From the NCBI GenBank assembly GCA_947467145.1, contig CANIGJ010000003.1, positions 79,065-143,064 on the forward strand: a stretch of DNA of 64,000 bases, given 5' to 3'. Source of the DNA: Rhodospirillaceae bacterium (GTDB lineage Bacteria; Pseudomonadota; Alphaproteobacteria; Rhodospirillales; UBA2165). Below the pieces are notes generated by a model. That model saw only the letters and a list, made by a program, of their open reading frames with translations. It did no database searches and was not told the origin of the DNA. Below are positions 40,152 through 49,337 of this stretch, in pieces. The position numbers were made by a program, and so were the translations under genes. Numbering within the stretch: position 1 is the first letter of the stretch; each line of letters begins with the position of its first letter.

Positions 40152-43067
40152 TTAATGTGCCTCGTCCCAGTTCTGTCCGATCCCTGTGTCGACGACGAGC
40201 GGCACGTCGAGATGGGCAACCTGCTCCATCACGTTGCGTGTCAGCGCCTTCGCGGCTTCGATTTCGGATTGCGGGACTTCAAACACAAGTTCGTCATGGA
40301 CCTGCAAAAGCATGCGCGTTTTGAGCCCGGCTTTTTGCAAAGCGCCGGGCATGCGGATCATCGCCCGCTTGATGATGTCGGCCGCACCGCCTTGGATCGG
40401 TGCGTTGATCGCCGCGCGCTCGGCGAAATTGCGCATCGCCGGATTGCGGTCGTTGATCCCAGTAAGGTGACATTTGCGGCCATAGAGTGTGGTCACGAAG
40501 CCCTGGCGGCGCGCCAATTCCTTGGTTGCGTCCATATAGGCGCGGATGCCCGGATATTTCTGGAAATAGGCTTCGATGTAGGCCTGCGCTTCGCCGCGCC
40601 CGATACCCAATTGGCGCGCGAGGCCAAAGGCGGAGATGCCGTAGATGATGCCGAAATTGATCGCCTTGGCCTGACGGCGCACCATCGGATCCATGCCTTC
40701 GACCGGCACGCCGAAGACTTGCGATGCCGTCATCGCGTGAATGTCGGCGCCGTCGTGGAACGCCTTGATCAGGGATTCGATCTTGGCGACGTGCGCGAGC
40801 AGACGCAGTTCGATCTGCGAATAGTCCGCCGACATCAGCACATGGCCGGCTTCGGGTACGAAGGCCTTGCGGATCTTGCGGCCCTCTTCGGTGCGGATCG
40901 GAATGTTCTGTAGATTGGGATCGTTCGACGACAGCCGGCCCGTGGAGGCGATCGCCTGGCTGTAGCTGGTATGCACGCGCCCAGTCTTGGGATTGATCTG
41001 TTCGATTAGCGCATCCGTATAGGTGCTTTTCAGTTTGGCGAGCTGGCGCCAATCGAGAATGCGTGCCGGCAATTCATGGCCCTGTGCGGCCAGTTCGTCG
41101 AGCACCTCGGCGCCGGTGGCATAAGCGCCGGTCTTGCCCTTCTTGCCGCCGGGCAGGCCCATCTCGTCGAACAGGACCTCGCCCAGCTGTTTGGGTGAGC
41201 CGACATTGAACGGATGGCCGGCGAGTTTGTGGATGCCTTCTTCCAGTTCGCCGCAGCGCCGTTCGAAATCGTCGCTAAGGGTGCGCAGCATCGCGGCATC
41301 GACCTTGATGCCGGTCTCTTCCATATCCGACAGCACGTTGATCAGCGGCCGTTCGAGCGTCTCGTAAACGCCGACCATATGGTTCTCGACCAGGCGCGGC
41401 TTGAGCGCGTCATACAGGCGATAGGTGACGTCGGCGTCCTCGGCGGCGTAGTCGCGCGCCTTGTCGAGGGCGACGAGATCGAAAGTGATCTGATTCTTGC
41501 CGGTGCCGCAGACATCCTTGAACTTGATCGGGGTGTGGCCGAGATGCAGTTCCGATAATTCGTCCATGCCGTGGCCGTGCGCGCCGCCTTCCAGCACGTA
41601 GGACATGATCATGGTGTCGTCGATCGGCGCGATGGCGACGCCGTAGCGTACCAGAATCTGCATATCGAATTTGATGTTCTGGCCGATCTTCAGGATCGTC
41701 GGATCTTCCAGCAGCGGCTTGATCAATTGCACGGCGCGGTCGCGCGCGATCTGTTTGATCTCGCTATCGCTTGCTTGGGGCGCATCGCCGCTACCCAAAT
41801 CGAATGAGCCTTGGGCCGCCGCCTTGCGGTGCGCCAGCGGCACGTAACACGCCCGCCCGCCCGCCAGCCCCAGCGACAGGCCGACCAGTTCGGCGCGCAT
41901 GGGATCAAGCCCGGTGGTCTCGGTATCGAAGGCGACAAAGCCGGCTTCGCGCGCATCGGCGATCCAGGCGCTAAGGCGCGCTTCGTCCTGCACCAGCTCG
42001 TATTTGTCGAACGACACGGCGGTCGCACCGTTGGCGGGAGCTGTCGCGATCGCCGTCGCTGTCGGCGCAACGGGCGTTGTCGTTGCGGCATCTGTCGTTT
42101 CGCCGGCCGCGATTTTGGCGGCGCGCGTGACGGCCAGCGAGGCGCCATGACGTTGCTCGAAACGGGCCAGGAGTGACTTGAAGGCCTGTTCGCGCAGGAA
42201 CGTCGCCATCTTGTCGTGATCGGGTTCCTGCTTCTTGAGATTGGTCAGGTCTTCAAGATCGGGCACCGTAGTGCAGAGCCGCACGAGATCGCGGCTGATC
42301 AGCGCGCGGTCGCGTTGCTCGGTCAGGACCTGACGTTGCTTGGGTCTTTTGATTTCGTCGACGCGCGCAAGCACGCTATCCAGGTCGCCGAATTCGTTGA
42401 TGAGTTGCGCTGCCGTCTTGATGCCAATCGACTGCACGCCGGGCACGTTGTCGGTCGAATCGCCGGCCAGCGCCTGGACGTCGACGACGCGCTCGGGGCC
42501 GACGCCGAATTTCTCGCGCACCTCGGCATCGCCGATGGTGCGGTTCTTCATGGCGTCGTACATCTTCACCTTGGGCCCGACGAGCTGCATCAGGTCCTTG
42601 TCGGATGAAACGATGGTAACGTCGGCGCCGGCTTCGACGGCCAGGCGCGCATAGGTCGCGATGATGTCGTCGGCCTCGTAGCCTTCTTTTTCGATGCACG
42701 ACACGCACATCGCGCGCACGGCGTCGCGCGTCAGCGCGAATTGCGGGATCAGTTCTTCGGGCGGCGGCGGGCGATGCGCCTTATATTCGGGATAGATATC
42801 GCTGCGGAAGGTCTTGCGCGCGGTATCGAAGATGACGGCGATATGGTCGGCGTCGGTATCGTCGACCAGCTTCATCAGCATGGTGGTGAAGCCGTAGACG
42901 GCGTTGACCGGCGTGCCGTCGGGCCGCGTCATCGGTGGCAGGCCGTGGAAGGCGCGAAAGATGAAGCCCGAGCCGTCGACGAGGAAAACGTGGCGCGGCT
43001 GGCTCAGTGTCCCGTCCCCGGACGCGCGTTCGGATCGAGCACGAAGGTGCGGCTGCAATAGGGGCAC
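40152..43067 (-). CDS. polA: DNA polymerase I
   Basis: 971 aa. 5'-nuclease FLVDGSGFIFRAFHGLPP, 3'-5' exonuclease VAFDTETTGLDP, polymerase motifs DYSQIELRLLAH and LQVHDELVFE. The only canonical start (ATG 43067) overlaps the upstream gene by 64 nt. Confidence 0.9.
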   Translation of the reverse strand: MPLLQPHLRARSERASGDGTLSQPRHVFLVDGSGFIFRAFHGLPPMTRPDGTPVNAVYGFTTMLMKLVDDTDADHIAVIFDTARKTFRSDIYPEYKAHRPPPPEELIPQFALTRDAVRAMCVSCIEKEGYEADDIIATYARLAVEAGADVTIVSSDKDLMQLVGPKVKMYDAMKNRTIGDAEVREKFGVGPERVVDVQALAGDSTDNVPGVQSIGIKTAAQLINEFGDLDSVLARVDEIKRPKQRQVLTEQRDRALISRDLVRLCTTVPDLEDLTNLKKQEPDHDKMATFLREQAFKSLLARFEQRHGASLAVTRAAKIAAGETTDAATTTPVAPTATAIATAPANGATAVSFDKYELVQDEARLSAWIADAREAGFVAFDTETTGLDPMRAELVGLSLGLAGGRACYVPLAHRKAAAQGSFDLGSGDAPQASDSEIKQIARDRAVQLIKPLLEDPTILKIGQNIKFDMQILVRYGVAIAPIDDTMIMSYVLEGGAHGHGMDELSELHLGHTPIKFKDVCGTGKNQITFDLVALDKARDYAAEDADVTYRLYDALKPRLVENHMVGVYETLERPLINVLSDMEETGIKVDAAMLRTLSDDFERRCGELEEGIHKLAGHPFNVGSPKQLGEVLFDEMGLPGGKKGKTGAYATGAEVLDELAAQGHELPARILDWRQLAKLKSTYTDALIEQINPKTGRVHTSYSQAIASTGRLSSNDPNLQNIPIRTEEGRKIRKAFVPEAGHVLMSADYSQIELRLLAHVAKIESLIKAFHDGADIHAMTASQVFGVPVEGMDPMVRRQAKAINFGIIYGISAFGLARQLGIGRGEAQAYIEAYFQKYPGIRAYMDATKELARRQGFVTTLYGRKCHLTGINDRNPAMRNFAERAAINAPIQGGAADIIKRAMIRMPGALQKAGLKTRMLLQVHDELVFEVPQSEIEAAKALTRNVMEQVAHLDVPLVVDTGIGQNWDEAH

Positions 43068-43201
43068 ACAACTTGGCCACTATTGGGGCCGTGCGTTTCG
43101 ATATTGAGATACACGCCGGGATGGCCGAGCGCGCCGCCGCCGTCGCAATAGACGCGCTTGTCGGTTACGCTGATCGGCCGGTCGAGGTCGCTGGCATCCA
43201 T
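43004..43201 (-). CDS. zinc-finger (zf-CHCC type) small protein
   Basis: 65 aa. VYCDGGGALGHPGVYLN...VCPYCSRTF resembles the NDUFS6-like zf-CHCC family. Confidence 0.7.
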   Translation of the reverse strand: MDASDLDRPISVTDKRVYCDGGGALGHPGVYLNIETHGPNSGQVVCPYCSRTFVLDPNARPGTGH

Positions 43202-43342
43202 ACGTCGTCAAATCCTAAACTAGAGCTGTGCCACGCGGGCGAAACAGGCGCGCAAAAAAGCCTCGGCACTCGTTTGACCCGCGATGCCGTGGATGATACC
43301 GCAAGACATTCGATAATCAACCGTTTCGCGGGGCCGAACCGA

Positions 43343-44383
43343 GTGCGCCGACGCTGTTTTCCCGGGCTCAAAGCCCGGAGTTTGGCTGGTTTTTTGAGCA
43401 TCGCCACGATGGTTCTTTCGGCTTGCGCACCGACCTTGATGCCGCCCGGGCCGCCGCTCGTTCCGCCGGCCTTTGGCGGCGATACTTTGACCATGGCGGA
43501 CGGCGCGCAACTGCCCCTGCATGTCTGGCCAGCGGACGGAACGCCCAAGGCCGTCATCGTGGCGCTGCATGGATTCAACGATTACGGCACCTTCATCAAG
43601 GCCGCTGCGGCCTATTGGAGTGCACACGGGATCGCGGTCTATGCCTACGACCAACGCGGCTTCGGCGATGCGCCGAACCGGGGCTTTTGGCCGGGCGGGC
43701 AAGCCTTGGTGGACGATCTGCGCACGGCCGTCGATCTGGTTAGTGCGCGTCATCCCGGCGTGCCGGTCTTCGCGCTCGGTGACAGTATGGGTGGCGCGGT
43801 GACCTTGACCGCGATGACCGAACCCAACCCGCCCAAGGTGCAGGGCGCAATCCTGGTCGCACCCGCCGTGTGGGGCCGCAGTACGATGCCGTTCTATCAG
43901 CGTTGGTCCTTGTGGCTCAGCACGCACACGGTGCCGTGGATGACGCTCACGGGGCGTGGGCTCAAGATCACGCCGTCGGACAATATCGAGATGCTGCGCG
44001 CATTGGGCCGCGATCCCAAGGTGATCAAGGCGACCCGCATCGACACGATCTGGGGCCTGACCAATTTCATGGATCGCGCGCTGGACGCTTCGACGCGGTT
44101 CACCGCCCCGGGATTGATCCTCTACGGCACCCGCGACGAGATCATTCCCGCCGATCCGACCGAGGACATGCTGGCGCGTATGCCCAAGGACGGCGAACGG
44201 CACCGTACGATCATCCGCTATATCGGCGCCTATCACATGCTGTTGCGGGATCTCGAGGCGGAAACCTATTGGCGCGATGTCGAACGCTGGATCGACGAAC
44301 GGCGCGGGGTGGGCTCGGCCGCTTTACCCGCACCTTTACCCATTGGGGCGGTTGAAGTAAGGTCCGCGCCACTGCGCCGGTAG
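43343..44383 (+). CDS. alpha/beta hydrolase (lysophospholipase/monoglyceride-lipase-like), probable lipoprotein
   Basis: ORF 43007..44383 trimmed to GTG 43343. This gives (M)RRRCFPGLKARSLAGFLSIATMVLSAC with lipobox LSAC. HGFNDY and nucleophile elbow GDSMGGAV. The start is uncertain; ATG 43409 is the alternative. Confidence 0.65.
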   Translation: MRRRCFPGLKARSLAGFLSIATMVLSACAPTLMPPGPPLVPPAFGGDTLTMADGAQLPLHVWPADGTPKAVIVALHGFNDYGTFIKAAAAYWSAHGIAVYAYDQRGFGDAPNRGFWPGGQALVDDLRTAVDLVSARHPGVPVFALGDSMGGAVTLTAMTEPNPPKVQGAILVAPAVWGRSTMPFYQRWSLWLSTHTVPWMTLTGRGLKITPSDNIEMLRALGRDPKVIKATRIDTIWGLTNFMDRALDASTRFTAPGLILYGTRDEIIPADPTEDMLARMPKDGERHRTIIRYIGAYHMLLRDLEAETYWRDVERWIDERRGVGSAALPAPLPIGAVEVRSAPLRR

Positions 44384-44450
44384 CTCAGCTGGATAGAGCG
44401 TCAGATTCCGAATCTGAAGGCCGGGGGTTCGAGTCCCTTCCGGCGCACCA
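44374..44450 (+). tRNA. tRNA-Arg (anticodon CCG)
   Basis: Hand-folded 77-nt cloverleaf: acceptor GCGCCGG/CCGGCGC, D-arm GCTC-AGCTGGATA-GAGC, anticodon arm TCAGA-TTCCGAA-TCTGA, T-arm GGGGG-TTCGAGT-CCCTT, and encoded CCA. Confidence 0.9.
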
Positions 44451-44645
44451 ATTCCTCGGATCGCTCGTGCGTGACGGCGCCAAGGTCTTCTCTAAGCCTT
44501 ACAATATGGTCGAAATCATCGCCTGTGCCCGGCGACGGGAATCCCGTTGCGGGCGGCCTGCACTTACTGCGAGAATGTCTTGCCGGGACACATCGGCGAA
44601 TAGTCCGCGCTAAAGCGGTTTCGAGGCATACAACGGGAGACGAAC

Positions 44646-45662
44646 ATGATCCTTAAAGTAGGAGCGTTCCTGCTGTGCGGTGCGGTTGCCCTGTGGGCGG
44701 CGTCACCGGCATCGGCACAGAAGCAAACTTTGAAGATGGCCTATTGGGCCGGGCCCAGCCATCATATGGTGAAGACGCAAGCCGAATGGGTGAAGACCGT
44801 TCAGGTCGCGTCCAACGGCAATCTCAATATCGAAATCGACATGGCGGCGCTCGCCAAACCGGAAGGTCAGTACGATCTGGTGAAGGACGGCGTGCGCGAC
44901 ATGGTCTGGCATGTTGCCGGCTACACGGCGGGCCGCTTCCCGCTGTTCCAGGCGGCCGAGCTGCCGTTCATCTGCACCAGCGCCACGGCCTGCGCACCGG
45001 CGCTGTACACGTGGTACACCGAGAACAAGTTGGTGGACCGCGAATTCACCGATACCAAGCTCGTCGTTGCCTTCAATCACGGCCCGGGTCTATTGCATGC
45101 GGCCAAACCGGTGCGGGCCCTCGACGACATGAAGGGTCTCAAGATCCGCGTCGGCGGATCGGGCGTGCCGATCGCCCAGGCGCTCGGGATGTCGGTGGTC
45201 GCGATGCCGGCGACCGAGGCTTATGAAGCGCTCAGCCGCAAAACGGCGGACGGCGTGTTGTTCCCGTGGGAAGCGATGATGAGCTTCCGGCTCAACGAAG
45301 TGGCGACCTTCCATCTGGAAGTGCCGGGCGGCATGTATACCTCGTCCTTCATGATCAACATCAATCCGAAATCGTTCGACGGATTGAACGCGGGCAACCG
45401 CGAAGCGCTGATGAAGGCAGGTGGGCTTGAAGGCTCGAAGTTCTTCGGTCGGGCGTGGGATGCGGCGGACAAGGCCAGCCGCGACGACGGTGTTGCGAAA
45501 AAGAACACGATCGAGACCTTGGCGCCCGATCAGCTCGTCAAATGGAAACAGTTGCTTCAACCGGTGCGCGACAACTGGATCAAGATGGCGAAGGAAAAGG
45601 GCCTCGACGGCGACAAGCTGATCGCCGATCTCGAAGCGCGGGTCAAAGCCCAATCTATGTAA
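44646..45662 (+). CDS. TRAP transporter substrate-binding protein (DctP family)
   Basis: Signal peptide ...ASPASAQ. DctP-like GLKIRVGG and PATEAYEALSRKTADG. Confidence 0.8.
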   Translation: MILKVGAFLLCGAVALWAASPASAQKQTLKMAYWAGPSHHMVKTQAEWVKTVQVASNGNLNIEIDMAALAKPEGQYDLVKDGVRDMVWHVAGYTAGRFPLFQAAELPFICTSATACAPALYTWYTENKLVDREFTDTKLVVAFNHGPGLLHAAKPVRALDDMKGLKIRVGGSGVPIAQALGMSVVAMPATEAYEALSRKTADGVLFPWEAMMSFRLNEVATFHLEVPGGMYTSSFMININPKSFDGLNAGNREALMKAGGLEGSKFFGRAWDAADKASRDDGVAKKNTIETLAPDQLVKWKQLLQPVRDNWIKMAKEKGLDGDKLIADLEARVKAQSM

Positions 45663-45680
45663 ATTGGCGCTATTGCGCGA

Positions 45681-45720
45681 AAAGAAGAAAGGCGGGCTCC
45701 GCGGAGCCCGCCTTTTTTAA
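45681..45720. terminator. bidirectional terminator between convergent genes
   Basis: Stem GGCGGGCTCC-GC-GGAGCCCGCC flanked by A-rich sequence (45681..45690) and T6 (45713..45718). Confidence 0.8.
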
Positions 45721-45727
45721 CGGTAGC

Positions 45728-47263
45728 TTATTTCCACTCGATATCGGTCAGATAAACCTTGTCGGCCGATAAGGTGCCCGGATTGATCTTGATGTCTTTC
45801 GTATGCACGAACACGGTCGGGATGGACGTGATCGGCATGTGATAATGCATCTCGTTGATGCGATCGAAGGCGCGCTGATAGATCGCCTTGCGCTTGTCCG
45901 CATCGAACTCGGCCTCGCCGCGTTTCATCGCATCGGTGATGACCTCGTCGTTGTAATAGCCCATCACCGCGTCGCCGAAGAGCACGCTGAAGATATTGCC
46001 GGCATCGGGATTGCTGCCGGTCGAGAACGCCACCGACCAGGCCTGGAGCTTACCGTCGCCCTGTAGGCGGCGATAGAGGCTGATCTCCGCCAGCTGGATC
46101 GACGCGCGGATGCCGACCTTGCGCAGATCGCCGGCGATCGCTTCGCCGATCCCCTTGTTCGGCGTGTAGACCATGTATTGCAGGTCGAACCCATCCGGAT
46201 AGCCGGCTTCGGCCAGCAGCTTCTTGGCGCCGGCCGGATCGTATTTGGGTGCCGCGACGGTATAGCTGCAGGCAATCGTTGTCTTGAAGCAATCGGCGTC
46301 GAGCTTCTGCGCCACATGGCCGCCCGGCACGATGTGTTTGATGATCGCGTCGCGGTCCACCGCCATCGAGATGGCGCGGCGTACGCGGATGTCGCTCAAC
46401 GCCTTGTTGCCTGATCGTCCGACCGAATCCATCGCGAGATAAAACAAATCGGCGGTGTCGACATAGGTGATCCCGGCATTGGGACTTTCGCCCAACGCTT
46501 TGGCGATATCGGGCTCGACGTTGCGCAGCAGATCGATCTTGCCGACCATGAACTCGGCCGATTGCGTTTGGCGATCCGGAATTGGTAGCGCGCTCACTCG
46601 GTTGATGCGCGCCTTCTTGTACTCGGGCATTACGTTGTAATCGGGATTGCGCTCGACCGTGATGCCCTTGTTCGTGTCGAGTTGGACGATCTTGTACGGC
46701 CCGGTGCCGACGATCGACGTGCGGCCGTAGTCGGCGCGGTCGGCTAGCTTATCGAGAATTTTGCCGTTCCAGATGAGAACTCGGTAGGCGATGGTGTTGA
46801 GGCCGGTCGCGGTCGGTTCCGCCGAATGGACGCGGAATTTGGTCGGGCTCAGGACCTCGACATCCTTCATCCAGGTGAAACGCGATTGATAGGTGATCTT
46901 GGATTTCGGATCCGTGATGTAGGCGATCGTCGATTTGATATCGTTCGATTCGATCTTGTCGCCGTTGTGGAATTTGATGTCGTCGCGCAGCTCGAATTCG
47001 AGCGTCATGTCGTCGATCTGTTTCCACGACTTGGCCAGCGCGGGTACGAGCTTCTGTTTGATCTCGTCGTATTTCACCAGACTGTCGTAAATCTCATGTG
47101 AGAAGACGCTCGCCTCGTCGATGGGGAAATCGTAGGTCGAGAGCGCGGGCAGGGGATAATTGAGCGCCAGGCGGAGCGAGTTCTGGGCTTTCTGCGCCTG
47201 AGCGGCGGATGCCACGCCCGTGGCCATCAGCCCAAGCGCTAGCGCCTTCATTAATCCATTCAT
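45728..47263 (-). CDS. ABC transporter substrate-binding protein, family 5, paralog of 10184..11725
   Basis: Trimmed to ATG 47263 (MNGLMKALALGLMATGVASAAQA, SD GGGAGA). It aligns by eye with the other SBP5: LAKSW, FELRDDI.F.NGDK, DPKSKI, and C-terminal HTKD.KI...WK. Confidence 0.8.
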   Translation of the reverse strand: MNGLMKALALGLMATGVASAAQAQKAQNSLRLALNYPLPALSTYDFPIDEASVFSHEIYDSLVKYDEIKQKLVPALAKSWKQIDDMTLEFELRDDIKFHNGDKIESNDIKSTIAYITDPKSKITYQSRFTWMKDVEVLSPTKFRVHSAEPTATGLNTIAYRVLIWNGKILDKLADRADYGRTSIVGTGPYKIVQLDTNKGITVERNPDYNVMPEYKKARINRVSALPIPDRQTQSAEFMVGKIDLLRNVEPDIAKALGESPNAGITYVDTADLFYLAMDSVGRSGNKALSDIRVRRAISMAVDRDAIIKHIVPGGHVAQKLDADCFKTTIACSYTVAAPKYDPAGAKKLLAEAGYPDGFDLQYMVYTPNKGIGEAIAGDLRKVGIRASIQLAEISLYRRLQGDGKLQAWSVAFSTGSNPDAGNIFSVLFGDAVMGYYNDEVITDAMKRGEAEFDADKRKAIYQRAFDRINEMHYHMPITSIPTVFVHTKDIKINPGTLSADKVYLTDIEWK

Positions 47264-47305
47264 GGTGGTCTCCCTACATATTCGTTGATCGGAATATGCC
47301 GGGAA

Positions 47306-47347
47306 TATATCAGGCACCCTGATATAGAATCAACAAGTACCCTGATA
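47306..47347. promoter_or_regulatory. operator-like palindrome TATATCAGG-CAC-CCTGATATA plus a third CCTGATA copy
   Basis: Perfect 9-bp inverted repeat at 47306..47326 and a further ACCCTGATA at 47339..47347. Lies in the 99-bp gap between dctM and the SBP5 gene. Confidence 0.5.
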
Positions 47348-47362
47348 ATCGGCCGATGCGGC

Positions 47363-48664
47363 CTATCGCATCGTGCTGGGCAGCCAGAGCGCGATGTCGG
47401 GCCAGATGATCAGCAGCACGATCAGGATCGCGCAGGAATACAGATAGGGAAAAATCCCGGCATAGATGCGCTCGATCGGCACGTCGGGCGCCATGCCCTT
47501 GATGACGAAGACGAGGATACCGACCGGTGGACAGATCATGCCCATTTCGACCAGCACGGTCAGGATGATGCCGAACCAGACCGGATCGTAGCCCAGCTTC
47601 ATCAGGATCGGGAAAAAGATGGGAAGCGTCAGCAGCACCATCGCCAGCTCGTCCATCACCGCGCCCAGCAGGATGTAGATCGCGATGATCAGCACCAGCA
47701 CGCCGAGCTTGCCGAACGGCAGGGCGGCGAACCAGCCGGCGACTAAGGTGGGAATGCCGGCGATGATCAGGAAATTATTGAACAGGAACGCGCCGATCAG
47801 GATCGTGAAGATGATGGCGGTCAGCTTCGCGGTTTCCACCAGATCGTCCATCAGGATCGTCCAGGTATAGCTGCGGTTGGCGATGGCCAAGATCAGCGCG
47901 CCGCAGGCGCCGACGCTGGCCCCTTCTGTGGGCGAGAAGATGCCGAAATACAGCCCGCCGATGATCACCACGATCAGCGCGAAGGACGGCATCGCCGCCA
48001 AGGTCGCGGCGCGACGCTCGCCCCAATCGGCCGCCGGCCCGATCGGTGCGACCTCGGGATGCAGGCGGGTCACGATGGCGATGGCGGCCATGAACAACAA
48101 CGTCAGGATGATGCCGGGAATGGTGCCGGCCATCAGCACGTCGATGATGCTGGTATCGGTCAGGATGCCGTAGAGCACCGCGAGCGTGCTGGGCGGGATC
48201 AGGATGCCGAGCGTGCCACCACCGGCGATCGCGCCGGTCGCGAAGCCGAGATCGTATTTTGCCGCGCGCATCTGCGGCAGCGAGACTTTGCACATGGTCA
48301 CCGCGGTCGCGATGTTGGACCCGCAGATGGCGGAAAAGATCGCCGAGCCGACCACGGTCGATTGTGCCAACCCACCGCGACGATGACAGAGCCAGGCATT
48401 GGCGCAGCGGAACATCTTCTCGCTCAGGCCGGCACTGCTCGCGATCTGACCCATGATCAGGAACATGGGCAGGACCGATAGATCGTAGGTCTTGCCCGTC
48501 TCGTAGGTCGTATTGCCGAGCAGGGCGAGCGCGGCACGCAGATCGAGCAAGGTCAACAGGCCAAGGAAGGCTGGCACTAGCATGGCGAAACCGAGCGGCA
48601 TGCCCAGCGTCAGAAAGATGAAGAGCAGCGCAAAGACGACGAGCGACAGCAGTGCCGGATCCAT
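47363..48664 (-). CDS. TRAP transporter large permease (DctM)
   Basis: Trimmed to ATG 48664. About 12 TM helices in a typical DctM sequence (GMPLGFAM..., ILTVLVEMGMICPPVG). Confidence 0.85.
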   Translation of the reverse strand: MDPALLSLVVFALLFIFLTLGMPLGFAMLVPAFLGLLTLLDLRAALALLGNTTYETGKTYDLSVLPMFLIMGQIASSAGLSEKMFRCANAWLCHRRGGLAQSTVVGSAIFSAICGSNIATAVTMCKVSLPQMRAAKYDLGFATGAIAGGGTLGILIPPSTLAVLYGILTDTSIIDVLMAGTIPGIILTLLFMAAIAIVTRLHPEVAPIGPAADWGERRAATLAAMPSFALIVVIIGGLYFGIFSPTEGASVGACGALILAIANRSYTWTILMDDLVETAKLTAIIFTILIGAFLFNNFLIIAGIPTLVAGWFAALPFGKLGVLVLIIAIYILLGAVMDELAMVLLTLPIFFPILMKLGYDPVWFGIILTVLVEMGMICPPVGILVFVIKGMAPDVPIERIYAGIFPYLYSCAILIVLLIIWPDIALWLPSTMR

Positions 48665-48668
48665 GCGG

Positions 48669-49244
48669 CTAGACTCCCGACCTATTGTCGTTCGCGGTCG
48701 TACTAGCATGCGGATCGTGGCGCAGCATGCGGATGTCGCGCACGATGTAGAAGACGATGCCGCTGATCAGGAACAGGCAGCCGAACGCCATGATATAGGC
48801 GCCGGGCCAATAGGGGACTTTCTGGATTTGCGTATAATCGCCTTTCTGCAGCAGCACGCCTGCCTTCAAGAACAATTGCCAGACCAGCACGCACGACATG
48901 GCGAGGACGATGGCGCTCATGGCGAGATCGAGCAGCGCGTAGGTCTTGGGCGATAGTCGCATCGTCAGTGCATCGACGCCGATGTGGCGTTTTTCATGCG
49001 TCGCCAGCCCGATGGCTAGAAACACCATCAGGCCCATCATGATCTCGGTGAATTCGACGGTGAAATTGAAAGGCTGCGAAAAGACGTAACGCAGAAAGAC
49101 GTCGCAGAAGGTCATCAGGCCGATGGCGGCGAGCATCAGGGCGGCGGCGCGGGCGAGCCAAAGTGCAATGCGGCCGTTGAGCCGGTCGAGCGCGCCGGCC
49201 GGTTCGGCCCCGATCGCAGGATCGCCCTGGTGCGGATCGTCCAT
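48669..49244 (-). CDS. TRAP transporter small permease (DctQ)
   Basis: 191 aa with four TM helices, immediately upstream of dctM (4-nt gap). Confidence 0.75.
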   Translation of the reverse strand: MDDPHQGDPAIGAEPAGALDRLNGRIALWLARAAALMLAAIGLMTFCDVFLRYVFSQPFNFTVEFTEIMMGLMVFLAIGLATHEKRHIGVDALTMRLSPKTYALLDLAMSAIVLAMSCVLVWQLFLKAGVLLQKGDYTQIQKVPYWPGAYIMAFGCLFLISGIVFYIVRDIRMLRHDPHASTTANDNRSGV

Positions 49245-49337
49245 GGCGTGAAGATCTCCCGAGAAGCCCCTGTTCTGCGTCTTTCGTAACGCTGCTTGCC
49301 GTCACGATACTATAGCGGACTGCTGTAGGCGAGCGGT

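Noticed and set aside
44532-44550. Hairpin or palindrome GCGACGGG-AAT-CCCGTTGC upstream of dctP.
   Set aside because: It is a plausible operator or tRNA-transcript terminator, but it has a G-U-containing stem, no U-tract and no repeat elsewhere in the window. The evidence is insufficient.
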